From positions 1 through 42,801 of the forward strand of contig NW_021835134.1 of NCBI RefSeq assembly GCF_006345805.1: a stretch of DNA of 42,801 bases. Reading direction: 5' to 3'. The translations under genes and the position numbers were made by a program. Origin of the DNA: Octopus sinensis (Eukaryota). Each line of letters starts with the position of its first letter. The stretch's first letter is position 1. Positions 1 through 11,664 of this stretch are shown here, piece after piece. A model generated the notes under the pieces. That model was not told where the DNA came from and searched no databases. It saw only the letters and a program-made list of their open reading frames with translations.

Positions 1-129
1 GTATCCGCATGTGTGCATGTCCATATGTATGTTATTTTTATGTATGTTTTGTGTATTTTTGGCAATTGCGTATGGCCACATAGGTATGTAAGCAGTAGAT
101 ATGATGTAGTGTGTGCATGTATGCAAGAG

Positions 130-150
130 TGTATGCGCGGATGTTACACA

Positions 151-197
<47 letters not shown>

Positions 198-600
198 GTA
201 TGTACATATATATTTATGTGTGTGTACATATATATCTCTATATATATGTATATATATCTATATATGTGTGTGTGTGTGTAAATGTACGTATTTCCGTTAG
301 TATGACTGAATATGAGTCTGCACGTGTTTGTGTGTGTATGTATATGTGATGTGCATAAGAATGCGTGCATTTGTACGTGTGCATATGTACGTGCCCATGA
401 CTGCGCACTCATGTTTGTCTGCATGTATGTTTATATGCAAATGCACGTACATAGAGTATATACATATACATATATACATACATACATACATACATACATA
501 CATACATACTTACATACATACATACTTACATACATACATGCATACATATATATATATATACATGCATTCATACACGCTTGTATCTATGTATGTGTCTTAT
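130..600. repeat. Compound (TA)n/(TATG)n/(CATA)n microsatellite
   Basis: Directly visible runs; overlapping ORFs are YIYI/MYVC low-complexity artefacts. Confidence 0.9.
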
Positions 601-699
601 ATAGGAACGTGTTTCTGTTCTTATAACGGAGAGTAAAGTTTATTGGTTCGTGACTAACAAAAAACAGCTGATTAGTTTGTGCTGAGTCAAGCCTGGGAA

Positions 700-711
700 T
701 ACTGCTAGTAT

Positions 712-756
<45 letters not shown>

Positions 757-819
757 TAGCAGCAGCAGCAGCAGCAGCAGCAGTGGTAGTAGTAGTAGCA
801 GCAGTAGTAGCAGTTGTAA

Positions 820-876
<57 letters not shown>

Positions 877-935
877 CACTAGTAGTACTAGCAGTAGTAT
901 TAATAGTAATAATAGTAATAGCAGCAGCATCAGTA

Positions 936-967
<32 letters not shown>

Positions 968-1057
968 TAGTAGTGGTGGTGGTGGCAGTGGTGGTTGTAT
1001 GAACAGTAACAATAGTTACATACTACAAATATACTAACACTATTAACACTGGCTTCT

Positions 1058-1088
<31 letters not shown>

Positions 1089-1450
1089 AATCACCACCAC
1101 CACCACCACCACCAACAGCAACAACATCAAATCCTCTATTAGCACCAGCATCCCTACCAACGCCATCACAATCTTCGCCGCCGTCACCGTCACCACTAGC
1201 TCCATCACTATCACCATCAACATCACTAAACTCTTCAGGGCTGCCTCTGCCATCACCATTGCAACTACTTTCATCATCGCCCCCACCGTCATCATCGTCA
1301 ATACCACATCCCGTCACCACCACCACCATCACCCCCCCACCACCACCACTACCATCGCTACTAACATCATCATCCATCACTAGTATCACCAACATCACCA
1401 TAACCACCACCACCACCACCACCACCACCACTATCGCCTCCATCACCATC
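700..1450. repeat. Compound trinucleotide microsatellite (CAG/TAG/TGG, then CTA/CAC/CAT)
   Basis: Directly visible runs; purine/pyrimidine polarity flips near 1050. Confidence 0.9.
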
Positions 1451-1619
1451 ATGGTTAACATCAATAACTAAAGAGAAAGAAGGAGAAAAGGAAATAAGTA
1501 AAAAGAAGAAGCGACTCATTTTCTTTCCGTTATAATTTTTTTAATAAAATTTCCGTGAATTTTCATGTTGTCAATGAGTGGCAGTGACAATAAAAATTTG
1601 ATTAAATGCAGACGATCAT

Positions 1620-1663
<44 letters not shown>

Positions 1664-2533
1664 GACACAGACAATCATACACACATACACTCTCTCACAC
1701 ACATGAATACAAGTAATGCAATATAATCATGCATAGCACCACAAACATACTTAAGTGAATAAATATATGTATGCATATATGACTGTATGGCTTACGTTGT
1801 CAGCCATATTTTCGTACCTACATAGTTGACATTTTGCATAGAAGCAGATCTTTTGAAGGAGCTAGTCAATGGCTTTGTGATTCCCCCCCCCTGAAATTTA
1901 CTGTTTTTCTTTAGCTTCGAACAGAACAACTAAGAATATTGTATACGTCCAAGACTGCAACAGACATTGGAACAGGTTACCAATAAGAAAAATAATGTCT
2001 GCATGTATGTATGTATGTATGTATGTATGTATGTATGTATGTATGTATGCATACATGTATGTATGTATGTATGTATGTATGTATGTATGTATGTATGTGT
2101 GTGCATATGTATGTATAGGATTAAAAAATTAACTACTAGGACAACAGAAGAACAGGCAGAAAAATCACATACAAGAAGTGGACATACTCTTCCCTCGTCA
2201 GTTATCGTCCAAAAAGCATTACAATTTCGCGCCTTTAACGATAAGATTGTTCATTTTGGGGGCGTCAAGGACAAAACGTTGAGAATGAGTGAGGGAATAG
2301 TGACAAAAATAAACAAACGATAAGTGGCAACGGAATAAGACAAAACAGCAGAAATCTGTTGATATATTTAAAATATATACATATATATATAAAGGACGAG
2401 AGGCTATGAGATAACTTTGAAACAAGACGTGTATAAGAAACGCTAATGTAAACTTATTTATATACAATATTTTGAGCTTAATGCAAGCTTTATGTTAGCT
2501 AAAATATGTTTGCGACATATTTCAACTGCTAAC

Positions 2534-2688
2534 AGGCAAATTCACTGCAGTTACCGAGGAGAAAAAAAACATGGTTTTCATGGTTAAAAGGTGTAAAAAC
2601 ACCTGCGACTCTGGGTAGATATGGTGTTTTTACACCTTGTTACCATAAGAGAGAATTTTTCTAAAAGGTAACTGCAGTGAATTTGCTT
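2534..2688. mobile_element. Small MITE-like palindromic element
   Basis: Terminal inverted repeat AGGCAAATTCACTGCAGTTACC (2534-2555) / GGTAACTGCAGTGAATTTGCTT (2667-2688), 1 mismatch, plus an inner inverted repeat AAGGTGTAAAAACACC / GGTGTTTTTACACCTT. Confidence 0.7.
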
Positions 2689-2728
2689 ATGCCTAAACAT
2701 TGATTGTCGCTGATATTACGGTAATATA

Positions 2729-2742
<14 letters not shown>

Positions 2743-2820
<78 letters not shown>
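2743..2820. repeat. (GA)n microsatellite
   Basis: Pure GA run. Confidence 0.95.
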
Positions 2821-2824
<4 letters not shown>

Positions 2825-3035
2825 TAAAAGTTTCGTGAGCACGTAGGACATATCCATCTTATCAGATGTTGGCTGAGGTGGATGTGTCGTTACGACCCAC
2901 GAAACTTTAAGTCATGAAGAGCTGAGTCAGACTGTTATTAAATAATATGCGTAATTTCTATCAAATGCGTTGAGTACCATTTTCGTTTGTTTTCACTCAT
3001 CCATACTCCCCCTACACACACACACACACACACAA

Positions 3036-3290
3036 GTGGCCTCGTGGTTAGGGTGTTGCACTCCCGATCGCGAGATCGTGGTCTCAATTCCTGGAGCGAG
3101 TGGTGCGATGTGTTTCTGAGCGGAACACTTCTTTTCACGTTGTTCTGCGATCACTTCAACAGCTGACGCGTGGCCCACAGTGACCCTAACAAGGCAACAG
3201 CGACTTCATGGAGGTAATGAGTTAATGCACTGTACATGCATTTGATCCCTATAAACAAACTGTTTGTGAATTTGTTCAGCAAAAACCGAA
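3036..3290 (+). mobile_element. Diverged tRNA-derived SINE
   Basis: A-box-like TGGCCTCGTGGTTAG, B-box-like GGTCTCAATTCC, then a CORE-like segment (GTGTTTCTGAGCGGAACACTT). Head resembles the SINE at 17156-17339. Confidence 0.65.
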
Positions 3291-3420
3291 TACTGATATG
3301 TTGTCTGCGGCGGGAGATTGCATCACACGTATACCTCATTTGATGAGGTAGACGTGTCTTATGCGCTCACGAAACCTTTAGTAATCTCTTCTCTCTCTCT
3401 CTCTCTTCTCTCTCTCTCTG

Positions 3421-3480
<60 letters not shown>

Positions 3481-3489
<9 letters not shown>

Positions 3490-5723
3490 GAGAGGTTCTG
3501 TCTGTTTGTCCAGCAAAATGAAAGTAAATGGTGCAGGGGAAGCTATTATACTTTTTCTATATATATACATATATATATATATAAAATCGAAATTCTGTTT
3601 CTTTCTTTCTCCGGTAAAATGAAAGTATCTGGTTCAAGGGAAGCTGTTATGCTATTGCCTATTTTGTCTCAACAAAAATTATGCAAGGGTACAACACTAA
3701 TTGTGCACAAACTTATGAGGAACTGCATCGAGGCAAATATTCTCATTGGTTGTGGTAACGGTAACACTGTCTTCATTCATTGCATACCAGAGCACCAAGT
3801 ACAGTTGAGTGATCCTGAGCAAGATATTGGTTTCACTGACAATATATACAATGCAGCTTTGATTGAAATAGATCAAATTATTTTCATGGGAGGTGAGCCT
3901 ATAAAAAACTTAGATCTCCCATTGACTAACAGAGGGGATCTTAACACTCTGTCCAGTGCAATAATGAGGGAAATTTCCTATGAAAAGGATGAACTGACCA
4001 TGTACATAAATGATAATCTTCTCAAGCTTCTACCTGATCAACGTCGTGCATAATCCACTGTCAAAGAAAGTATTAACAATAACACAGGAGGACTTTATTT
4101 CTTAGATGCTCTGGGAGGTACTGGGAAAACATTTGTAATTAAACTCCTCCTGGCTAAAGTTTACCAAGAAAATAAAACAGCTTTAGCAACTGCTGCTTCT
4201 GGGATTGCAGCAATATTACTACCCAGAGGTGGGACTGACCATTCAACATTCACGTCACCTTTAGATTTATTTAATGAAGAAAATCCTGTTTATGATATAT
4301 CTAAAAACTCTGCAATGGATGAACCAATATAAAGATGCCACTTAATTGTCTGGGACGAATGTAGCATGGCCCCCCAAAAAAGCTTTTGAAGCTGTTGACA
4401 GAACATCACGGAACATTAGGAATTGTAATTCCATGATGGGAAATGTCACAGTATTATTGACAGGAGACTTCCGACAAACACTACCAGTTATTCCAAGAGG
4501 AACAAAAATGGATGACCTCGATGCTTCATTAAGCTCTTTTGTATTATGGCATTATGTGAAAACACTTCAACTTTCGACAAATATGAAATCAAGGCTTTCA
4601 AGACATCAATCAGCTGAGCTATTTGCAGAGCAGCTGTTGTAACTCGGTGAAGGAGAGTTCCAGTTTATGAAGAACAGTTTCTTACACTCAATCCAATATG
4701 TAATTCAAATGATTCTGTCGATAATTTGGTGGATAAAATCTTTCCTTATCTTCTTCATAATTACAACAATACATATTGGATCTGTGAGCGAGCTATTCTG
4801 CTTCCAAAAAATGTTGCTGCACATAGCATTAATAATATGCTTTTGAATAAACTTCCGGGAGAAACATTCACTTATAACTCAATTGACAGTAATGTTGATG
4901 ATCAGGATAGTGTTAACTACGCCGTCGAATTTTTGAATTCACTAGAATCACCATGTACAGCTCTTCATTGTCTTCAGCTGAAACAAGGAACTCCTATTAT
5001 GCTATTGCATAATTTGTCTCAACCAAAATTATGCAATGGGTCAAGATTAATTGAGCACAAACTCATGAGGAACTGCACTGAGGCAAATATTCTCACTGGT
5101 TGTGGTAAAGATGAGACCGTCTTCACTCCTCGCATACCAGTTATACCATCTAATGTCCCATTCCAATTTAAGCGATTACAGTTTCCTATCCGTGTTTCTT
5201 TTGCCATGGCCATTAATAAAAGTCAGAGCCAAACACTAAAACTTGCTGGATTGCAACTTGAACAACCATGCTTTTCACACGGTTAATTTTAGGAGCATCA
5301 CATGTGGGAGCAAAGTTAAATCATTTTGCTTATGCACCCAAAATAAAACAGAAGACATTGTTTATAAAGAAACATTCACTCTTAACGCAACATGAATACT
5401 TCAATAACTTAATTTACCATTACTATCATTACATTCAAGAAGGAGTAAACTACCTCTTTAAATGAACTGTGTTATATAATTGCATTGCTGTATTGATGAA
5501 CAAAATAATACATGCAACTTAATTATTATTATCATATATAATAAACAAACAGAAGTTCATGTGTGAAATTGATCTTTTTTTCTACTTCAAATTATTACAT
5601 GTTTTCTCTTATAAAAATACACACATACAGGAGGAGTAAATTGTATATATAATAATACTGTGAATGTGGCTCCCGAGAAATGGTAAAAGTAAATACCCGA
5701 TCAATGACTGGTATTACTGCTAG
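3481..5723 (+). mobile_element. Degraded, internally rearranged Helitron
   Basis: Helitron-style 5' modules (ATAAAA...TTCTGT) at about 3481 and 3580; Pif1 helicase remnant; 3' end with imperfect hairpin ACCCGATCAATGACTGGT followed by CTAG|T at 5720-5724. Confidence 0.85.
3790..5390 (+). pseudogene. Helitron RepHel C-terminal Pif1-family helicase, disrupted by stops and frameshifts
   Basis: Motifs across frames: FLDALGGTGKTF (Walker A), ASGIAAILL, IVWDECSM, LLTGDFRQTLPVI, ERAILLPKN, PIMLLHNL..KLCNGSRL, RLQFPIRVSFAMAINKSQSQTL, CFSHG. No Rep domain visible. Confidence 0.92.
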
Positions 5724-5761
5724 TATATATATATATATATATATATATATAATGTGTGTGT

Positions 5762-5798
<37 letters not shown>

Positions 5799-5815
5799 AT
5801 ATGTATATGTCTATG

Positions 5816-5847
<32 letters not shown>

Positions 5848-5931
5848 TGCATGTATGTATGTCGTATGTATGTATGTATATGTATATATTATATCAGCGA
5901 CAGGCATTGTTTAGGCATATATATATATATA

Positions 5932-5975
<44 letters not shown>

Positions 5976-6903
5976 TATGTATATGTATATATATATAAGG
6001 ATGAGTGGACTAACGGAGAAGAAAGACACTTCACGCATTTAGTTGAGGTTACATGTATTATTTAAAGCAGTTTGATTTGGCCTCGTGCGATTTGAAGTAA
6101 CTCGTTGGGCTCAGTTAGTTGTAGAATCAGAGATGTACCCTGTCACTGCAGAGAAAAAAAATATATATGTAGAGTCATTATAGCTATAGACATGACATAT
6201 ACAATGTAAGATGATAACGAAAGCCACCTTTCAAAAACACAATACAAACTGCACTCCGCTAAATTATCAACTAATATAACAGGACAGCTGAGGTTTTGTA
6301 ACGAAAATGTTCTTGTATGATCTTGGATGTTCATTGGTCAGATAAAATATGACGTCAGTGGGAGAGAGAGAGTGAGAGAGAGAGAGAGAGATAGTGAGAG
6401 AGAGAGTGAGATTGAGAGAGTGAGGTTGAGAGAGAGAGTATGGGTGTGTGAGTGTGTGTGTGTGTGTGAGTAACAGCCGGAATAGATTTAAAACCAGATA
6501 ATACAAGGATGTGAACTTGGGGTTTGACATAAAGTCTTGATAATGTGGAAGAAAAAGATGGAAAATGCGGATACTTGTGAAAATAATGCTTTGATACGAA
6601 GTTAAGAAGACACATTAACAATGAAAATGTAGAAATAGATAAACCAAATGTGTGAATTTTACGAATGTATTGTTAATATTTGCTGATATCACGTTATAAA
6701 ATAGGTATGCAAAGCACACACACATACAACCCCCCCCCACCATCACCACCGAATACACATACATATACACGCACACATGCATTCATGAAAAATGCATAAC
6801 ACAGACTCGAATAAACTGCGAATACTAAACATATATATATGTAATATATGTATCTACATATATATGTACACCTGTACACTTATGTATGTATATGTGTGTG
6901 TGT

Positions 6904-7242
6904 GTTCATTCCCACTGCGTGGCATCTTGGGCAAGTGTCTTTTACAATAGCCTCGGGCCGACCAAAGCCTTGTGAGTGGAGTTGGTAGACGGAAACTGAA
7001 AGAAGCCCGTCGTATATATGTATATGTGTGTGCATATGTTTGTGTGTCTGTTTTTGTTCTCCCCAAATCGCTTGACAGCCGATGGTGGTGTGTTTATGTC
7101 CCTGTAAGTTAGCGGTTCGGCAAAAGAGACCGATAGAGTAAGTACTAGGCTTCCAAAGAATACATCCTGGGGTCGATTTGCTCGACTAAAAAGGTGGCGC
7201 TCCAGTATGGCCGCAGTCAAATGACTGAAACAAGTAAAAGAG
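6904..7242 (+). mobile_element. SINE family A (CORE-like with internal microsatellite), 5'-truncated
   Basis: TCTTGGGCAAGTGTCTT...GACGGAAACTGAAAGAAGCCCGTCG, (TA/TG)n, tail ...GCCGCAGTCAAATGACTGAAACAAGTAAAAGAG; matches copies at 15327-15728 and 31845-32268. Confidence 0.9.
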
Positions 7243-7759
7243 TGTGTGTGCGTCTGTACAACAAAAGCACAAGTACTTCACAAACACTGATATCTCAGGC
7301 GTCATCTAGAGAGTGACTAATGGCATAATGGTCGCTAGCAAACACTCGACTTATGACATAATGGTCACTAGCAAACAAGCCCCCTGTTTCACAGACATGA
7401 TGTCTCCTTTCTCTCCATTTTCTAGAGTTATTACAATGCCCACTGCTACTCGGTGCTGGCTGGTCTCTTACCTTCTCCATTCAGGCCAGACATTCATGCC
7501 CTTCTCATCTCTCCTCTTCTCCTCTTCTCTTGTTGTGTCCTCGCCCTGCAAACTCTGCACTAAACATTGCACCTGTTCTCTCTCTCCCAGAATGTCAGCT
7601 CCCAGGAATTTTATCCCCGTTTCTGTATTTTCTGTAGTCATTGATTAGTTACATTTTAAGCGAAACATTAATAACATCTAGGCGACCGGTCTGAGAAATC
7701 CTGCAAAAGCTAAAGACACTGCTCCCTTCTAGCAAATAATCGACCACACTACGTGTATG

Positions 7760-9330
7760 CAGGATGGGGTCGGGTGGGTTAAGATGCTAAGCGGGTAGCG
7801 AAGAAGGAAGCCTTTTTTTCTGTGGCATATTGCTAGCAAAACCATCATATTTGACTAGAAGAGGGAAGGAGAGTTTCGCAAAGTTAATGAAGATCCTCTG
7901 AATAAAGGATTAAAACAATCGGTTGAAACTTGGGAAGTGGAAGACCCCGAAAGCCGAATGATAACATCGGCATCCTTCGTAATTCAGTTAGTTGTCTTGC
8001 AAGTTGTGTTACTGGTGAACAACGACTAGTTTTTGGGAGGGTGATTTTCTCCAGGAGTTGTAGGCCTTGGTTTATGCTTGAATTACCGCAGTGTGGTTAT
8101 GAAGAAACTACTTAGGGATTCAAGCCATTGAATTACTTGTATATGCGTAGAATGCAGAAGGTAATACGTAAGAGGATGGGTTCAGTTATACATCTAGCGG
8201 GGTCAGGATGTAGCACATGTGCTAGGCATAGTTTGTATAATACTGGTGGCCCGCCAACCGAACAGCTGGCTTGATTTGTCACAGAGTCTAAGTAGTGGCG
8301 GCATTGTGTAACATGTAAATGTAGGAAAGGCAGTTAATTTGCAGAAACGATAGCACGCCGGGCGAAACGCTTAGCGGTATTTCGTCTGTCTTTACGTTCT
8401 GAGTTCAAATTCCGCCGAGGTCGACTTTGCCTTTTATCCTTTCAGGATCGATAAATTAAGTACCAGTTACGCACTGGGGTCAATGTAATCGACTAGCCCC
8501 CTTCCCCTCAAAAGAAAGGCGGTAAGCTGGCTGAAACGTTAGCACGCCGGGCGAAATGCTTGACAGTATTTCGTCTGTCTTTACGTTTTGAGTTCAAATT
8601 TCGCCGAGATCGACTTTGCCTTTTATCCTTTCGTGGTCGATAAATTAAGTACCAGTTGCGTACTTGGGTCCTTGTGAGTAGAGTAGAGAAGAATATGTAG
8701 ATGTAGGTTGGACGGTCACCATGGGGTAGAGGCCAGGTGATTCGATGGTACGGTAAAACTTGAGTTTGGAAGCGAGAAAGCGATCAGAGATGTTTGGAGT
8801 GTCTGTGTGTCGGGTAGAAATGCATTTAGAATTGGAAACGTTGCTGTAGACTGATGAGAATTGCAACATATTTGGTTTCTGCACCGACAGCTTTTGTAGG
8901 GGATACCTGTGAGAGCTGAGAGGAGTTGTGAATATCTAGGATACGCAGGGGAATAAATTCAGAGAAGAATGAAATGAGACTGATGCTCTCAATGCAGGGA
9001 GAGATACAATGGAAACGATGTTGGTTATTTGAGAACCTCAAAGAGCAGTATTTAGAACCGAGATGGAATGAGACTTTGAGCCAGAGTCATTGTTCTGATC
9101 GCGAGACGAGACGTGAGTTGCAGGAAGTACGGGATCTACGAATGCATAAACATATTTTTTTGGATTGAAGAATAAAGAATAAAGTATGAACAGCAGAGAT
9201 GGAATCAAGACTGGTTTTGTGCAATTTGTATCTCCAAGATGTGCTGCATCTAACTTGAACGAAATTCACAAATGTAAGAGAAGGAGAATTGTCCGGCGGG
9301 TTTAGTTCTGGTTTTCTATATACTTAGTGA
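7760..9330 (-). mobile_element. Very degraded LINE ORF2 N-terminal part (APE endonuclease plus linker), interrupted by SINEs
   Basis: Minus-strand translations resemble APE/linker segments of CR1/L2/Jockey-group ORF2: WLKVSFH, ILDIHN (GDFNVH-like), STRHTDTPNISDRFLAS (PTR...ILDLFLTS-like), SFIQRIFINFAKLSFPLLVKYDG. Confidence 0.55.
8325..8670 (+). mobile_element. Two tandem SINE family B copies (tRNA head, Meta/MESC-like core)
   Basis: Two units (about 8325-8512 and 8515-8670), each with GAAACG..AGCACGCCGGGCGAAA, GAGTTCAAAT and GACTTTGCCTTTTATCCTTTC...GATAAATTAAGTACCAGTT. Confidence 0.9.
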
Positions 9331-9489
9331 AGATCAAAACATCATGGAAGACCTCGTCGGGAGCTTAGTCAGAATTCTTGCAACAGAGAAAACATCTCTA
9401 AAGGCACCCGTAAGTCATGATGGGGTGGGTGGGATAAATGAATCGATTTGTGAGATGGGCCCACAATTACAATCGTGTACCATGTTAAC

Positions 9490-9605
9490 ACCTTTCGTCA
9501 TTGTGGGGGTCGATAAAGTAAAACCCCAGTTCACTACAGGGGTCAATGTAATCGACTTGCCCCTTTTCTCAAAACTGCCAGCTTTGTGTGAAAATTTGAA
9601 ACCTT
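9490..9605 (+). mobile_element. SINE family B 3' fragment
   Basis: GGGGTCGATAAAGTAA...GGGGTCAATGTAATCGACTTGCCCC matches the 3' half of the family. Confidence 0.65.
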
Positions 9606-9893
9606 ATAAAAAGCTACCATCGTCCCGGACCATAGTGTATATAATTGGTTATCCATCATATTATAAAATAACCATAACCCAAGTCCACAGTATCTGATCA
9701 TTTAGCTGCCATGTCAGAAGCTAACGACCGTCTGACAAGTCGGGCGTTCGTCTTTATTTAATGTCTCATCAGTTGACTGTCATGGTTGCTAGTTTCGACG
9801 TTGACATTCCTTATAATTGTTATGTCACTAATGTTCGTGAGAGGGTGGCGTGGAGGTTGGTTTGTACCAGTAATCAGTCAAACTAAAACCAAC

Positions 9894-10104
9894 GCAGCAG
9901 CTGCTGCTACTACTACTACTACTACTACTACTACAACTTACACCACCACCATGACCACCATGACCACCACCACCACCACCACTACCACTACCACCACCAC
10001 CACCACCACCACCACCACTACTACTACTACTACTACTGCTGCTGCTGCTACTACTACTACTACTACTACTACTATTACTACCATTACTGCTGCTGCTGCT
10101 GCTG

Positions 10105-10164
<60 letters not shown>

Positions 10165-10235
10165 TACTACTACTACTACTACTGTTTCCAGCAACTACTA
10201 CTGTTTCCAGCACCGCCACCACCGCTACCACCACA
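9894..10235. repeat. (ACT)n/(ACC)n/(GCT)n microsatellite
   Basis: Directly visible; source of the poly-Thr ORF. Confidence 0.95.
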
Positions 10236-10529
10236 TGTGGTATCTGTTGATTCAAGTCTAATCTCCCACACATGACAAATCTGTGTTTTTGAGTTTTGTC
10301 AGCTCATTTCACACTTCACATACCTTGACACTAACAACAACAACAACAACGCACGCACACACATGCACACGTTTGTGCATACACATATATCCACTTCCAT
10401 ATACTCACACACACACGCACACACACACACATACAAACACTCACAGACCTCTCTCGCCATTTTTATTATGACTGCAGCGCTATGATGTTTGTGAGTCTAT
10501 CTGTCTCACGATATTTAAGCATGTGCATA

Positions 10530-10555
10530 TGTGTGTAATGTGTGTAATGTGTGTA

Positions 10556-10596
<41 letters not shown>

Positions 10597-11370
10597 CGTC
10601 TGTATATAGGAAAAAAATATATATATATTTGAGAGCAGTGTGTGTGTATGTATGTGTAAGCATGCGTGTGCATGTATGTACGCGTGTGTATATATGTATG
10701 TGTGTGTACGTATGTGTGTATATATATATATATGTGTGTATATGTATGTATGTGTGTGTGTATATATGTATGTGTATATGTATCTGTGAGCATATATGTA
10801 TGAGCGTATATGTATATGTGTATATGTATGTATGTGTGTGTACGTATGTGTGTATATATATATATGTGTGTGTATATGTATGTATGTATGTGTGTGTGTA
10901 TATATGTATGTGTATATGTATCTGTGAGCATATATGTATGTGTGTATATGTATATGTGTATATGTATGTGGGTGTATATATGTATGTGTGTATGTGTATG
11001 TGTGTACTTATATGTATGAGTGCATATGTATGTGTGTGTATATGTGTCTGTATATATGTGTGTGTATGTGTGAGTTTATATGCATGTGTGTATATGTATG
11101 TGTGTGCTTATATGCACGTGTGTATATGTATGTATATGGTGTTTATATGTATGTGTGTATATGTATGTGTGTATGTGCGTGTATATATGTATGCGTGTAT
11201 ATGTGTATGCGTGTATATATGTATGCGTGTGTATATGTATGTGTGTGTATATGTAGCTTACTTCTGTTTTTGGCTGTATGTGTGTGTGTGTGTGTTGTAG
11301 CTGTGTGCCTATATTCGCACGCGTGTGTGCATGCTTGCGTGTGTATGTGTGTGTGCGTGTGCATGTGTGC
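10530..11370. repeat. Long (TG/TA)n cryptic repeat with higher-order duplication
   Basis: TATGTATCTGTGAGCATATATGTATG recurs near 10777 and 10915. Confidence 0.9.
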
Positions 11371-11389
11371 GTTTGGCCGGTTTAGTACA

Positions 11390-11533
11390 TGACTGGTATC
11401 TCTTATTTTTGACCCTGTCATGATGAAAGCCAAAATAAATCTCAGCGGGATTTGAACTCAAAACCTACTGATCTAAAAGAAGCACCGTCTGGCACCTTGT
11501 TCGATAATCTAACGATAATGCCAGTTCATCACC
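11390..11533 (-). mobile_element. Old, diverged SINE family B copy
   Basis: CTGGTATC..TTGACCCTGTCATGATGAAAGCCAAA...GGGATTTGAACTCA...TGCCAGTTCATCACC. Confidence 0.65.
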
Positions 11534-11664
11534 TTCAGGTAGAAAATGGATAATATTATTGGTAATAATGTTGGGATTATTATTGGAAGGAATTTGGTTT
11601 TAAAGATTTTGCTGCACTGGCTGAGGTAACGACTGCTTCTTAAGTAACAACTTCAGAACGACAC

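Noticed and set aside
2185-2275. Hammerhead on the minus strand (CTGACGA near 2195, GGCGCGAAA near 2230)
   Set aside because: Core elements are incomplete or in the wrong order with no stem I; at best a heavily decayed Penelope-like relic.
4054-5390. Host PIF1 gene
   Set aside because: Intronless, many stops and frameshifts, and bounded by Helitron termini.
6350-6357. Perfect CRE palindrome TGACGTCA
   Set aside because: A single 8-mer in 43 kb is within chance and has no supporting promoter context.
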